Source of the DNA: the human T2T-CHM13v2.0 reference genome, Homo sapiens
Strand: one strand, 5' to 3'
Assembly (NCBI RefSeq): GCF_009914755.1
Contig: NC_060934.1
Length of the DNA: 64,000 nt
The notes under the pieces were generated by a model that was given only the letters and a program-made list of their open reading frames with translations, did no database searches and was not told where the DNA came from. Shown here one piece after another: positions 1 through 12,671 of the stretch; the stretch's first letter is position 1, and each line of letters opens with the position of its first letter. Position numbers and translations under genes: made by a program.

Positions 1-1359
1 CTCCTAGGGAATCAGAATAATTGGCATAGATCATGTAACAGGGATCTAGAATTAATTTAGAGCAAATATACAAGAACCATGCAGTTGGAAGCACTGTGCA
101 GTTCCTTTTCTTTGACTCTGACATTTGATGGCATCAGAGCTATCACTGCTATGTCGGTAGTAAGCAGGGGAGGAAGTCACTACAATTCTGTGAACCCATA
201 AAACAGAGGAGACTCCCAATATCCAAAGATAATCATACTAGAAAATCCTGGTAAAATCAAGTGCATTTAAAATGGAGAGCAAAAGGCCATAGTAAATAAT
301 TTTGTAAAGTTTGATTCAGACTTACTCTTAAAAGATAAAACTGGAAATTATAAAAATAGGCTTATATGATTTAATAAAATGTAAGTTATAACTGTATTCA
401 TATATGTTCTCAGAATGAACAAAGACTAAACCAAGTGTTATTTTTCCCAACAAAATGATATATGTTGACATTCTTCACTTTTTAATTTTCATAGCATAAG
501 CAAAAAAGACCATCTTTTGGAAGAAGTATTTGCCATCCAAAGATCTCACTTATTTTTTTGTCTTCATTTAATCTATGTATTTTCAAATCATTCTTATATG
601 AAACCGCTAACAGGAAATCATCCTAACTTTTCACATGCTTCCTAGCCTAATACTGCCAGAGTGTGCCATGTACCCACAGCTCAGCTGTGCACCCAGAAGT
701 TCTCCAATATCACTTTCCTTGACTTCAGGAAACTTAGTGTCTTTGTCAAAACTTGCAGTTTTGTTCTGCAATCAATTTGTTCAATATCCAACACCCCTGG
801 GGAGACAATGACAAATAAGGATGGAAGTCAGCATTCGACTGGAAGGAATGTTTGAGTGGGAACCAGTTTTAAATGTGGTCATGTCCTTAGTGAATATTTT
901 TGAATTATGATGATGTTTGCTTTCCTACATGACCTGTCTGTGGAGACTCAAATAATGAATACTTGAATAATGAGGACCTATATTTTTAAACATAATAAAG
1001 CAAAGTTAATTCTTTTAGATTCAAAGTCTATCAAATGATAAATGATAACCTATTGGTGTTCCTCTTAGAAATTCAATGAAAGACCATGTAAGATTTATAG
1101 GAGGACCTATGTTCATTACAAAGAATCTGAAAATTTTTATTAAACTTGAGGACTTTTAAAGTTCCTTCTGCCTGTTTTTAAAAAGATTGAACCTAAGCTA
1201 GCATCATAAAATAGTGTAAGACCCTGCATTACAGATACCCTTTAAACATTTGTGTCTATGACTAGTATCTTTTATAGATAGGCCGCTTTAAAAATCTCTC
1301 TCTCACACACATATATATTGCAAATGAAAATACATATGAATTTAAATAATCTGCAATAA

Positions 1360-1615
<256 letters not shown>

Positions 1616-1751
1616 GCCAAATATAACTTTTTAAATATAGTTCTTAAGTATTCTGTTCTTAGAGGATATGTGAACTAAGCAAGCACCTGACCCAAAGAAC
1701 ATTGTTTGTAAATGATAACAAAATGTCTGTGGCATGGAGTTGTAGGCTTAC

Positions 1752-1850
1752 CTGAGATTGTGCATTGACATTGGCTCCATTTGTAACCAAGACTTTTACC
1801 ACCTCTGCTTGCCCAGCCAAAGATGCGATGTGCAATGCTGTGTTTCCTTT
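1752..1850 (-). CDS. ANK3: Ankyrin-G coding exon (99 nt, phase 0/0): [33 protein letters not shown]
   Basis: Translation is a canonical ankyrin repeat matching the ankyrin-G N-terminus as I recall it. Acceptor tttcatttcacag|AAA, donor CAG|gtaagc. Confidence 0.97.
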
Positions 1851-2027
1851 CTGTGAAATGAAAGTCAAGATATATCAACTCATCGATCTTTTGAATTTTC
1901 CTGTTCTCCCCAAAGAGAACAAATTTGACAAATATCTTATGAGATATGTGCCCCCATTCTTACTGAGGGCTGAATCCTCACAGAACATGGCGAGTGGTTC
2001 AAAAAGCATTAAATATGTGATACTGAC

Positions 2028-2126
2028 CTTTGTAGCTGCATCCACATTGGCTTCTCTCTGCAGCAGCTCAGAAACAACCTCTACATGGCCTTCTTTGGAA
2101 GCAAGGTGGAGAGCGTTCAACCCATT
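2028..2126 (-). CDS. ANK3: Ankyrin-G coding exon (99 nt, phase 0/0): [33 protein letters not shown]
   Basis: Ankyrin repeat translation. Acceptor cctttacttttaatcag|AAT, donor AAG|gtcagt. In frame with the neighbouring exons. Confidence 0.97.
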
Positions 2127-2515
2127 CTGATTAAAAGTAAAGGAAAAGCTCTACTCAGCAGGTTGAAAATAGAGCAGTAAACAACCGACCAAGAACTCCT
2201 GAGATATTATAAAGTCCCACCTGATGATCACTTGCATGTATGCTGTGCAGGAACTTGAATCTTGAATTAGGAATCAAAGTACTTCAAAACTGGATGGGTT
2301 GTTCTGTTATCATTATTTACTAAATTTTAGAAATTAATTATTAAGGGACATATGCTGACATTTCTGAATGTTCCTCTAACAGAGAATAATTTGACAATGA
2401 CAAGCTGATAAAATTCAATGGAAAAAAACCCCACAAATAAATGAAGTCTTTAAGGAGCTTGAAGTCTGGATTTTTAGAATTTTAAGTAAAAAATTCAATA
2501 ATAACTCCAGCTAAC

Positions 2516-2617
2516 CTGATTGCAAATGTTGATGTCAACTCCATTTTTTATGTAGTCGAGGGCCTTTTCAAGGTGTCCAGCTCGAGCTGCTCTTAAGTAA
2601 CTTGCATTGGCATCAGA
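2516..2617 (-). CDS. ANK3: Ankyrin-G first common coding exon (102 nt, phase 0/0): [34 protein letters not shown]
   Basis: Hand translation of the minus strand (not in the ORF track). Acceptor tttcttttttattttag|TCT, donor CAG|gttagc. Joins in frame to NGLNALH. Confidence 0.96.
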
Positions 2618-3045
2618 CTAAAATAAAAAAGAAACACATTTTGATGAAAAATGAAGCTAATATGCATGTTTATAAACTATCCAGCTTAAGGTCCAAACTA
2701 AAATAATTGAACTCTTTTATTTCTAACATGAAAATATGAATAAAAGTTCTTTGTAAAAAGAACCAAGAAAAGGACACATTTTTTAAAAGTTAGTTTCAAG
2801 GGTACAATGTTATCCCTTGTGTGATGTCAGAATTCCTTCTGAATTGAGAGATAAAATTTCCTATAAAGTATAGCCACCTTAAATCAACACACAATTTCCA
2901 GAGGGAAAAGAGAAATTCTATAACTTATTGATAATTACATTATGAAGACCCCACTATTTTCTTGTAGCAGAAATGTAACATCTATTCCTTTTATCCATAT
3001 CTACCACAGCAATTTTTTCCATTAATGGATTCAAAATGGCATTAT

Positions 3046-3320
3046 TCTTTTTCTTCTTAGAGACAGGGTCTCACTTTGTTGCTCTGGCTGGAGTGCAGTG
3101 GTGCAATCACAGCTCACTGCAGCCTCGAACTCCCGGGCTCAAGTGATCCTCAGCCTCAGCCTCCTCAGTAGCTGAGACTATGGACATGCGCCGCCATGCC
3201 AGGCTACTTTTTTATTTTTTAGAGACGGGGTCTCACTATGTTCCCAGGCTGGTCTTGAACTCCTGGCCTCAAGCAATCCTCCCACCTTGGCCTCCCAAAG
3301 TGTTGGGATTATAGGCATGA
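3046..3320 (-). mobile_element. AluJ
   Basis: agacagggtctcact...cacagctcactgcagcctcgaactcccgggctcaag (J-type). Confidence 0.92.
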
Positions 3321-4216
3321 TCCCAACTTAACCCATTTTATGTTGTACTTAATAGTCTAACAGATATTTGCAGGCAATGATGTTCTACTGGATTTTCCTA
3401 CAGTACATAGCCATATGTAGGAGCAGCAGCAGAAAGAAATACATATACAATTTTAGAACAACAAGACATGTAATTCACTCATTGAAAGCTTGCAACATTG
3501 AACTACTGCTAAACTCTAACATCTATAATTTCATAGTTGAAACCACCTACTATTGAAATCTCTGATAGAAAGATGGTGAGAGGAAAGACACTGCAAAGCT
3601 GGGCCTGCAAAATTTGTAAAGAAGTCTTGCTTAATACAGTACAATACAAAAGCAGGTTTTCCTGAAAGAGCAGCCAAAAACATCTTGTCACCAGTTATAA
3701 ATGCAATCATGCAGGGTATGGCTTAAAAGAGAAAAGTGTCTTCTTTCAGCAATATGGTAAACACCGCCTTCAAAGGCTTTGTTCATGCCGCCTCATCTGT
3801 GAAGCCTGCCCAGACCCCCCAGGTGGAGTTTAGTTTCTCAGTGCTCCCAGCATTAATTTCATTGAACTCTCTTCGTATTTACTACACAACATCACAGATT
3901 TTGGTATACCTGTCCTTCTTCCACCCTAAATTATGAGCCCCTTCAGAATAAGCAGAGGAGGCAGATTAAGGAGTAGGCAACTGGAAAGCAGCCAGGATGC
4001 CAGTCTTTAAGAGAGGAATGCTAATTCTTTCATGGAAATGTAATTGAGAAGAAGAAAATTCTACCCCTCAGAATGGTCTTTGGTTCCAGTGTGGGTCAAT
4101 TCACTAAGAGTCAACTTGCTCAGAACCTCAGAGGAGAGGCCACTGCCTCTGGAGTCACCTGCCCCCTTCTCTTTTACAGTAATGAGCCTCTCTCAATCAC
4201 TACTGTGCCTCTAAAT

Positions 4217-4426
4217 TGGGGCTTCTCAGCCTCAGCAGTATTGGCATTTTGATCTGAATAATTCTTTGCTGTAGGGGACTGTCCTGCTCATTGTCCAATG
4301 TTTACAAGCATTTTCTATTGACCAGGTGCCAGTGGTATCCCCCATTTGTGATAACTAAAAGTGTCTCCAGAATTGCCAAATGTCCCTTGGGGGAGGGGGC
4401 AAAGTCTTCCTAGTTGAGAACCACTG
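4217..4426 (-). mobile_element. MER20 (hAT-Charlie non-autonomous DNA transposon)
   Basis: Ends in TIR ttgagaaccactg; internal gtgtctccagaattgccaaatgtcccttggggg; 8-bp TSD ctctaaat/ctttaaat. Confidence 0.85.
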
Positions 4427-5402
4427 CTTTAAATAAACAGTAACCCAACTTACATAAAGATTGTACACTTGAGGAGGCTTAACTCTTTGGCCTGTTTGGG
4501 TTGCCACAAGCCTTGTCTCAGCACAAGGCAATGTGACTCCATGTAATATTCATCTTACTGTTTCCCCCGCAACTGGAAGCATTCTTGGCATATAGCAAGT
4601 GCCTGTAAGTTTTTTGTGAATGAATGCATCAACAAATAAGTAAATTGGGTGGAAATAACTATTAATTAAAGTATTGCCTGGAATAATATAGGAGGCTTTA
4701 TTAGCAGCAGCAGCAGTTTAAGTTGAGAATCTGATAGATACAAAGGTGAATACCAGAGATTATAAACTAAGTCACCGAGTCAGGTGTCTGAGAGCACACA
4801 CAGCTATTACTTAAAATAACATAAAATTGGAATTTGAGATAAGCATGAAAATCATTTAATCAGAGCAGAGGGTTAAGCAGATGACAAAAGATAAAAGTTC
4901 AACTTAAACAAAGGACAAATAAAAGTTTCCAGGGATTTAAAGAAAAACAGAATGCAGTTTTTAAAGAGGTTCACTATTTAGAGGTTAGTTTTTTGTTTAT
5001 AAGTTCAGTTAGAACTAAATTAGCCACGCAAGGATGGCTCATTGCACCGTAAAATATCATCTTCTTTGTGCCTGTTCAATGACTTATCAGTGAATTTGCC
5101 CAGAAGGGCTCTGATGCCGTTCTGGGAACAAATGACATCAGTCTGCCTGGATATTTCAACTGCCAGAGATAACAACTGTGAGTTAAGCATCCCAAACTCC
5201 AACATGGAGTACATAACAACAGCGGCTAAAGAAGTTAAAATAGAGGTATTATAATTCAAGAAAAAAGCCTTTGAATTGATCGCATATCTGGAAAGATTTA
5301 ATAATTCCATACACTGTCCATTTTGCTCTCAAGTTTCCTCAGAATTTTCCCATCCAAACCTCTAAAACAAAACAAAATCGGTATAAAACAAATCTTCGAA
5401 TT

Positions 5403-5592
5403 CAGTGGTTCTCTACCTATTTGGGATCTGGATTCTTTTGAGACTAATAAAGGTGATGAATAAATTATCTTCCTTCAACAATTGCACACACACACACACA
5501 CCAAATCTACATCTGCATACACAATTTGCACATAATTTCATGTGGTTCAGGAGTGCTAAGCTTGCTCATGAACTTGCATTTAAGAACTCCTG
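5403..5592 (+). mobile_element. hAT-Charlie MITE (MER117/MER112-like)
   Basis: cagtggttctct...catacacaatttgcacataatttca...ttaagaactcctg with inverted termini. Confidence 0.55.
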
Positions 5593-6929
5593 CTCTACTG
5601 ATACAAAATTCTCTGGTGGACGCCTTCATTATATCTATTTCATTCAATGACCCTGATATCAAACAATTCTCTGAGATAGCTAATTGACCACCTCAGAATT
5701 TTAGGAAGTACACGCAGAAACAGAAATTAATTTTCTTCACTTTCCTTGGCCCTGTTACGTATCAACATGCTTACCACACCAAAACCATAACAACCACCCA
5801 CTTCAAATAAAAAGGGGGAAAATGTAGAGAAAAAGCAAGAAGAGGCGAATGAAGACTGCCCTGAAGAAAACTTACATCTTAGGAAGAGACATTACAAAGC
5901 CCACAGAAAAAGAACCAATAAGTTCCTCCTTTTACTCTTAGCCACCGGCAAACGAAACAGCCACCACTTCCTCAAATATTTGTTGAATGTCTACTATGTG
6001 TTAGTCATTGTGTCAATATCTGGATACACATTGGTGGAACAAAATAAATGTGGCACAAATAATGACTTATTTGCTTTCATTTCACAGCTTCTTACTCTCT
6101 CTCCTCTAAAATAACCTTGCATAAGTGGCAGGGCAAATATTGGATTCTTAACCATTTTCCCACCAATTTTGCCCATAGAGAATATATTGCTGTTTATATC
6201 CTTCGTGTAAAAAACACACTATTTTGTCCTAGACTCAGTATCAGTGGGTTGTATCTCACTGCCGTCATTTCATGGAATAACTAGGAGTTACTCTTAACAC
6301 AGTCTATAGCTGGTTTTTTTAACCTTTTGATAACCTTGTATCAAAATAATGCCTCTTTTGATGCTATATCTAAGATGCATCCAAAAATGTCAACAAATTA
6401 CTATGGAGGAAATTAGGTTCAAAGACAAGCTGGGTGCAGCCACATGGAAAGTCACACAGACAAAGCCACTGCCTAAGGAATTAGTTGCACAAAAATGAAT
6501 ATGAACAGGTTGTTCAGCACTTTTTTTCCTCTGGGTGACCAAAATCTGAGGAATTTGGAAATGAAAGTTTATTTTATTACCATTTAATGTCCTGTCTACT
6601 TAGTCATTTTACTAGAAATATGAATCATGTATGTTTTTCAAGGAAATAGCTTCACGGATAGAGTCAAGCATTATTATGAATTAATCTAGTAACTCAGCAT
6701 CTTTACCGGCAGTGGAATATTGATATTATTCAGCAGAAAGCAGTTATTGGAAAGAATAAGCATTTTCAGAGTGCCAACCTCAGTAATACTTCATACCTTT
6801 GACTATAAGCTAGACATGATTATAAGCACTTAATATTAACTTAATTATATTATTCATCACTTAATATGTATTAATTTTATAAGTCCTTATATTAATTTAT
6901 GTAATCCTTATAACAGTTCCATTAAGTAA

Positions 6930-7355
6930 TGTAGTGGGTTGAATGGTGTCTCCCCAAAACTGATGTTCATTAGGAACCTCAGAACATGACTATATTTGGA
7001 AATACAATCTTTGCAGATATAATTAGTTAAGATGAGGTCACACGGGATTAGAATGGGCCCAAAATCCAATGACTGGTGACCTTATAAGAAGAGAAGTCAC
7101 ATGGACACATAAGAGAGATGATGGCCAAGTGAAGAAAGAGGCAGAGACTTGACTTACGCTACCTCAAGGCAGGGACCACCAGAAGTGGGAAGAGGCAAGG
7201 AAGAATTCTGCCCTAGAGTCTTTAGAGGAAGTGTGATTCTACTGATACCTTGATTTTGGACTTCTGGCTCCAGAACTGTGAGATAATACATTTTGATTAT
7301 TTTAAGCCACCCAGTTTGTGGTGGTTTACTATGTCAGCCCTAGCAAACTAACACA
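6930..7355 (+). mobile_element. MLT1 (ERVL-MaLR) solo LTR nested in a MIR
   Basis: TG...CA ends (tgtagtgggttgaatgg...gcaaactaacaca), 5-bp TSD agtaa/agtag; MIR sequence on both sides (to ~7500). Confidence 0.88.
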
Positions 7356-8039
7356 AGTAGGTACTATTACTAGCTCCATTTCATAGATAAGAAAATTGAG
7401 CTGCAGGATGAGTGACTTTCCCAGGGACACAGAGCTTGTGAATGACAGGGATGCAAACCCAGTCTGGCTCTGGAGTCTAGGCTGTTAATCACCATTCTAA
7501 GAAAGGGCTTAATACATGTTTGGTCTATTCCAAATGAGAATTCTTAGCTCATTCATTCATTCGTTCATTTTCCATCAGTTCATCCATTTGTCTCTCCATC
7601 CATTGAATTAACTATTTTAGGCACCTTCAGGTATATCTTCCATGGATCAGAATTTCCTCATTAAGTTTATTATGAGACTCAAGATCAGGCTAACAGTGGA
7701 TCACCTGAAAAAATGCAGACTGGAGACCCAGTGAGTACATAACATAGCTCTGCTCCTTTGCTTCTAAACTTTTCTGGGGGGCGGGGGCAATCTCAGGAGC
7801 CTCTTTCTACTTGATGTGCCAAAAAAATCTCTAATCTTTCCCCATTACCTCATCTTCCCAGCTACCTGTGAGCCATGTGAAGGGTCAGATGCTCCTTCCT
7901 GTAAACTTCAAATTCCTTTTTTCTACTGGTGCCCTGTCTTCTGCCTACCAACATAGAAAACAAAACCAAAAATACAAAAAAGTTTCCTTCCACTTTTCTA
8001 CCCAGCACCCCCTTGCAAGTGATGATCGCCTCTATTTCC

Positions 8040-8260
8040 CAGTGCAGTGGACTAGGTAAGAACCAAAGCACTGGAATCACACAGCCCGAATCTGCATTTC
8101 AGCTATTCTACCTCTTAGTGTTTGGTAAGTTTTTAAAAATATCTATGTACCTCAGTTTTCTCAGCTGTCAAATGAGAATAAAATAACCTACTGTTAGGAT
8201 AAAATTAGATAACTCAGGTAATTAACAATGTGAGTGCACAGCTAGGCACTCAATTAAATA
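8040..8260 (+). mobile_element. MIR
   Basis: MIR core ctcagttttctcagctgtcaaatgagaataaaataacctac. Confidence 0.7.
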
Positions 8261-8989
8261 GATGTTTATGAGTTCTCCTTTAAATATCAAACATTTTGAA
8301 AGACTGGTGTAGGTTCACACTGACTTATATCCTTAATACTAATTCATATTTGCACTTCTGGCAAAACAGTTTCTCTCACTAATCAATACTGTCTCTCTGT
8401 ATAAAATCACCAATGACCTTCCAGTCATCAAGTTCCATGACTTTTAAGTTTCTCCTCTTGTAATGTTTGACAGTACCAATCACCTTCTCTTTCTTGAAAA
8501 TCTTCCCTCGAGCTTTTCTTCTGTCATCTCTTTGTTCACTTCCTTCTGTGCCTCACTGCCTCAACCCATCACTGAAAATGTTCAGAACTCACATTTCTTT
8601 CCTTCCTGCATGCTCTTTCTAGGTGACCTCATTGCTTCTATGGCTCCCACTATTCTCTCTAAGCTCAGCACTCCATATCCACGTAGTGCTCATCCTCACC
8701 CCAAGACATTTCCATGTCCCACAATTCCCTCACTCAACAACAGCAAAAACAGAAGTGTGCTGAGATATATAATGCATCTGCCTGCAACCAGACGCTAACA
8801 ACAGAAATATGAACAATAGATTTCCTTGTTTTTATTTAAATATCCGAAGATTATCCTAGCCACCCAGGCATGCAATCTTGGTGTAACTCTCTGATTACCT
8901 TTTTTTCTTCACTCTCTCCCTCAAACCCCCTTCCAGAAAGTTATGTGTACACATCTGATTCAATATTCTGTCTTAGGGACTTTTTTAGT

Positions 8990-9700
8990 TCTTTCTCATT
9001 TTTTAAAAAAAGTATTTATCTGATGCATATCATACATTTAAAAAATACATAAAACATATATGAACAGTTCAAAGAAAAATCATAACATAAACACCCACAG
9101 ACCCTCTTTTCAGCTCAAGAATGCAAGTTACAAGTGGATTTGAAGACTCCCAATGAGTCCCTTCTTGAGTGGTTCTCCTAAGGCATCCTCTGTTTTAGTT
9201 AATCACTCTCATGCCTTTCTTTATAGTTTTAACATTTATGTACCCCTCTGTAGGCTAAATATTATGTAATTGACTTAGTCTTAGTACTTAAGAGTCTTAG
9301 CACTCTATATAAGTAAAATTATATATTATGTATCATTCTGTCTTTTTTTGTCTAATGTTGTGTTTCTTAGAGTCATCCATGTTGACATGTAACATGTGGG
9401 TAATTTATAATTGCTAACATATAATAGTCCATTATGTGATTATGACATAATGTATTTATCCACTGTGGAGTTGATGGATGTTTGTCTTGTTTCCAGTTTG
9501 GACCCTCTATGAAAGATACTGTCATTAATATTCTGGCACTACTTGGGGTGCATAAGGGCAAGAGTTTTTTAAATCTTAGGATCATAAATGCTGGGTCACT
9601 CAGTATGTGCTTATTCAGCTTTACTAGTTAATTTCTAGTTAATTGCATTTCAAAGTGATTGCACCAATTTACATTTCCCTGGCTTGTGACTGTTGCTTGT
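8990..9700 (-). mobile_element. Old L1M (L1ME-like) 3' fragment
   Basis: gttgatggatgtttgtcttgtttccagtttgg, ttgcaccaatttacatttcc. Confidence 0.65.
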
Positions 9701-9759
9701 GACCTCATATTCCTTAGAAACTAATCTTTGGTAAGTCTTTAATGCCTGGATTAATGTTG

Positions 9760-10170
9760 TCATATTCCAAAGAGAAATTTGAGATTGGTTCTGCCAGTTG
9801 CCTAGAGGCACTATCAACCCAAGATTACTTTAAAAATAAATGCTTGGCTTGAGGTTTTTTGTTTTTGTTTTTGTTAAGACTACACGGATAAATTTAGATC
9901 TCAAACTGGTATAGATACGAGGGATTCCTTGTGGTTACAAATTCTCAGGACAGACTTTTTTCCCTTCCATCTGGTGACAAATGGGGAGAGGAATATTTTT
10001 CCTGTCTCTTCTGTATGGTGGGTTTATTTCCTGTCCATTCTTATACTGGGGGCTCACCATTTGGAGCCCAGGTTAATGTGGGGTCTCTTATTAGACTATC
10101 CACCTTGGGCATGTCCTAGGCTTTGTCTCCTGTACTCTGTACTCATACAACCAAGTAAAACAGTTTTTGC
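9760..10170 (-). mobile_element. HAL1/ancient L1-like fragment
   Basis: ctgccagttgcctagaggcactatcaacc...cttgtggttacaaattctcagg resembles the HAL1 consensus as remembered. Confidence 0.4.
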
Positions 10171-10489
10171 TTTCACATATATATATTTTTAAATCTCTAC
10201 AGCCCTCTTACTTTTAAAGTGCTAGTTCAAAGATGTACTTCAGAAGACTTATTTTTATTGTTTTCCTAACTTCTTAGCTTTCCCTACAGCTGAAAATATG
10301 GTCACTTTCTTTTTCCTCATTCATCCTTCTCCCTGGCCAGTTCAGGCCCTTACTGTATAATGTCCAGATCATTTAAAAAATCTCCAGGAGGCTGTAGTTG
10401 GCACTAGTTACTCTGCTGGAAGCACTGAACAGTGTATAAAGGTCCACTGAGGGTTCTAAGAAAGTCAAGATAAGGAAAATAGCTGCAAT

Positions 10490-10745
10490 TAAATGAGTGC
10501 CTACTATATACCTGGGACCTCACTAAGCATTTTACATGTATTATTATTATGCACTATGTCTTACTATACATGCATTATCATTTATTTCTTAAGTATTCAA
10601 TCAAAACAGGAATCTCATTACAGAGGCAGAAACCTAACTTTCTTAAAAATTAAGTGGCTTGCCCAAGGTCACATAACTAATAAGTAAGCAGCAAGGAATG
10701 AAACCCAAGTCTGCTTGATAGCAAGCCCAGGCTCTTCCCTCAACA
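10490..10745 (-). mobile_element. MIR
   Basis: aagtggcttgcccaaggtcacataactaataagt...gaaacccaagtctgcttga. Confidence 0.75.
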
Positions 10746-11865
10746 CCAGGGGTTTTCCATTTGAGTTCTGTGAAGCCCAAAAGTTTAGAACCACTGAGAT
10801 CAAGGGTAGGGCTCAGTGAGCAGAGTTGTGTGTGCCTATCTTCAGTTTCGCCCCCAATAGGTCTACTCTTATCTGTTTAATAGATTGCTGTTTTATACCA
10901 TATCTCATTTGTTCAAACGTTGTTGCTTTTAAACCATAATATCCAATCCACTTCTATGGCATAGGCTCACAGGCCCTTTAAAACCTGTCCCAAACACATA
11001 CTTCCAGCCTGAAACAAAACATGAATCAACACTAATCTTGAAAGCAACCTAGATATCTTTTTATTCCTCAACTGCCCCCTATAATTTCCTGGCACTGTGA
11101 CTTCACCCAGGACATTAGTAATAACAGTAATGCCCGGCTAGTAATGCTCACCAACCCTCCTCACTTTCCCTCCCCGACCAACAGACGCACCTACTAAATT
11201 CTGGGTCCAGCTCAAAGATCCCTTCATATTTGCTACTTTCCCTGATAAACACTAGGCATGATCCCTTCTCGCTCTGGACTCCAACAGCACTTGGTCTGTT
11301 CTGCTTAGGATCACATATCCTACAGAGATGGATGATAATCTTTTTTAGGGTAGGTCTTTGTCCTAATCTAGCTGTGCATACTGGAGCCTGAATTCATGGT
11401 AGATGAACCTACAGAAGTTCATAAAGTCAGAGAAGCTCATCGGGAAGGGCCATTTCTGCATCCTGTTACAGCTGGGAAAACAGCCAGTAGGAGGAGGCAG
11501 GATTTCAACAGGGGATTTGGTCAGTGGAGAATAAAAGGAAGAAAAGGTAGGTAGAAATAAAGAGCCAGAAAGGTTTGAGGAATTGTGAATAGACAGTCTC
11601 TATGCAAAGGGGATTCCCCTGGGACGGGGGAGTAGGCGAAAAGGACAGGTTCAGGAGAGGTTTGGAACACCAGATAAATCTGATTTAACTTCGCCATAAA
11701 GATACCAGGAGGAAATAAAGAGTTTTGAGGAGTGAAAAGACATCATTGAAAGCTATATATTGACCCAATTAACTGATGTCAGATTTGAGTGTGGGAGAAA
11801 ATGGAGATAAGATCTGTGGGTCCTTGTTGTCAACCCCACCGTGCCTCAAGGATCTCCCAGGTAGG

Positions 11866-11869
<4 letters not shown>

Positions 11870-11909
<40 letters not shown>
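11870..11909. repeat. (CA)~20 microsatellite within a MER5-like relic
   Basis: Perfect CA run. Confidence 0.95.
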
Positions 11910-11913
<4 letters not shown>

Positions 11914-12246
11914 CAGCCAAGGGATTCAGATTCGATTGGTCTGAGATGGGATGTTTTGATCAATGCTGCTCAAACTGATCTCCTTTGGTGGCACATTAAG
12001 TTCTCCTTCACCAAAGGAGAAAGCCACTGAAGTAGGTTACTGTGAAAATATGGTTGTATGTGACAATGTGATAAGAAGACCTAGGGGGGCTAGCTGTGGA
12101 ATGGACAAGAAAGTGATATAAGAGGCATTCTGAAGGTATACTGACAGACTTCTAGTTTAACATACAAGATTAAGATCTCAAGGCCAGATTTTAAATTCTT
12201 CACTTCATAATTACCTCCCCCGACCCTTTTTCATCTATGCCCTGCC

Positions 12247-12671
12247 TTTTTTTTTTTTTTTTTTAAAGAGATGGGGTCTTGCTCTGTTGCCCAGGCTGTA
12301 TTCAAGCTCCTGGGCTCAAGCAATCCACAGCTTCTGGCTTATGCCACCCTCTTTCTTCTTCTCCCCTCCCCCTTTCTCTTTCTCTCTCCCTCCCTCCTTC
12401 TTTCTTTTTTTGAGACAAGGTCTCACTCTCGCACCCAGGCTGGAGTGCAGTGGCATTATCATGGCTCGCTGTAGCCTCGATCTCCCCAGGCTCAGGTGAT
12501 CCTCCCACCTCAGCCTTCCAAGTAGTTGGCACCACCACACCTGGCTAATTTTTGTATTTTTTGTAGACATGGGTTTCAGCATGTTGCCCAGGCTGGTCTC
12601 AAACTCCTAGGCTCAAGTGATCTGCCTGTCTCAGCCTCCCAAAGTGCTGATGTGAGCCACAGTGCCCAGCC
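12247..12671 (-). mobile_element. Tandem Alu monomer fragment (12247-12337) plus AluJ with CT-rich tail (12355-12671)
   Basis: Two poly-T/pyrimidine-led Alu segments. Confidence 0.88.

Noticed and set aside
1851-2027. In-frame (177-nt) intron as a possible coding retained intron
   Set aside because: Contains an in-frame stop at 1875-1877, so retention would truncate the protein.
1765-2130. 121-aa antisense ORF spanning two ANK3 exons
   Set aside because: TTG start; it is the mirror frame of coding exons across a 177-nt (3n) intron; no promoter or homology evidence.
5020-5310. Overlapping 96-aa and 70-aa ORFs
   Set aside because: No recognisable domain or convincing splice signals; lengths are within chance expectation.
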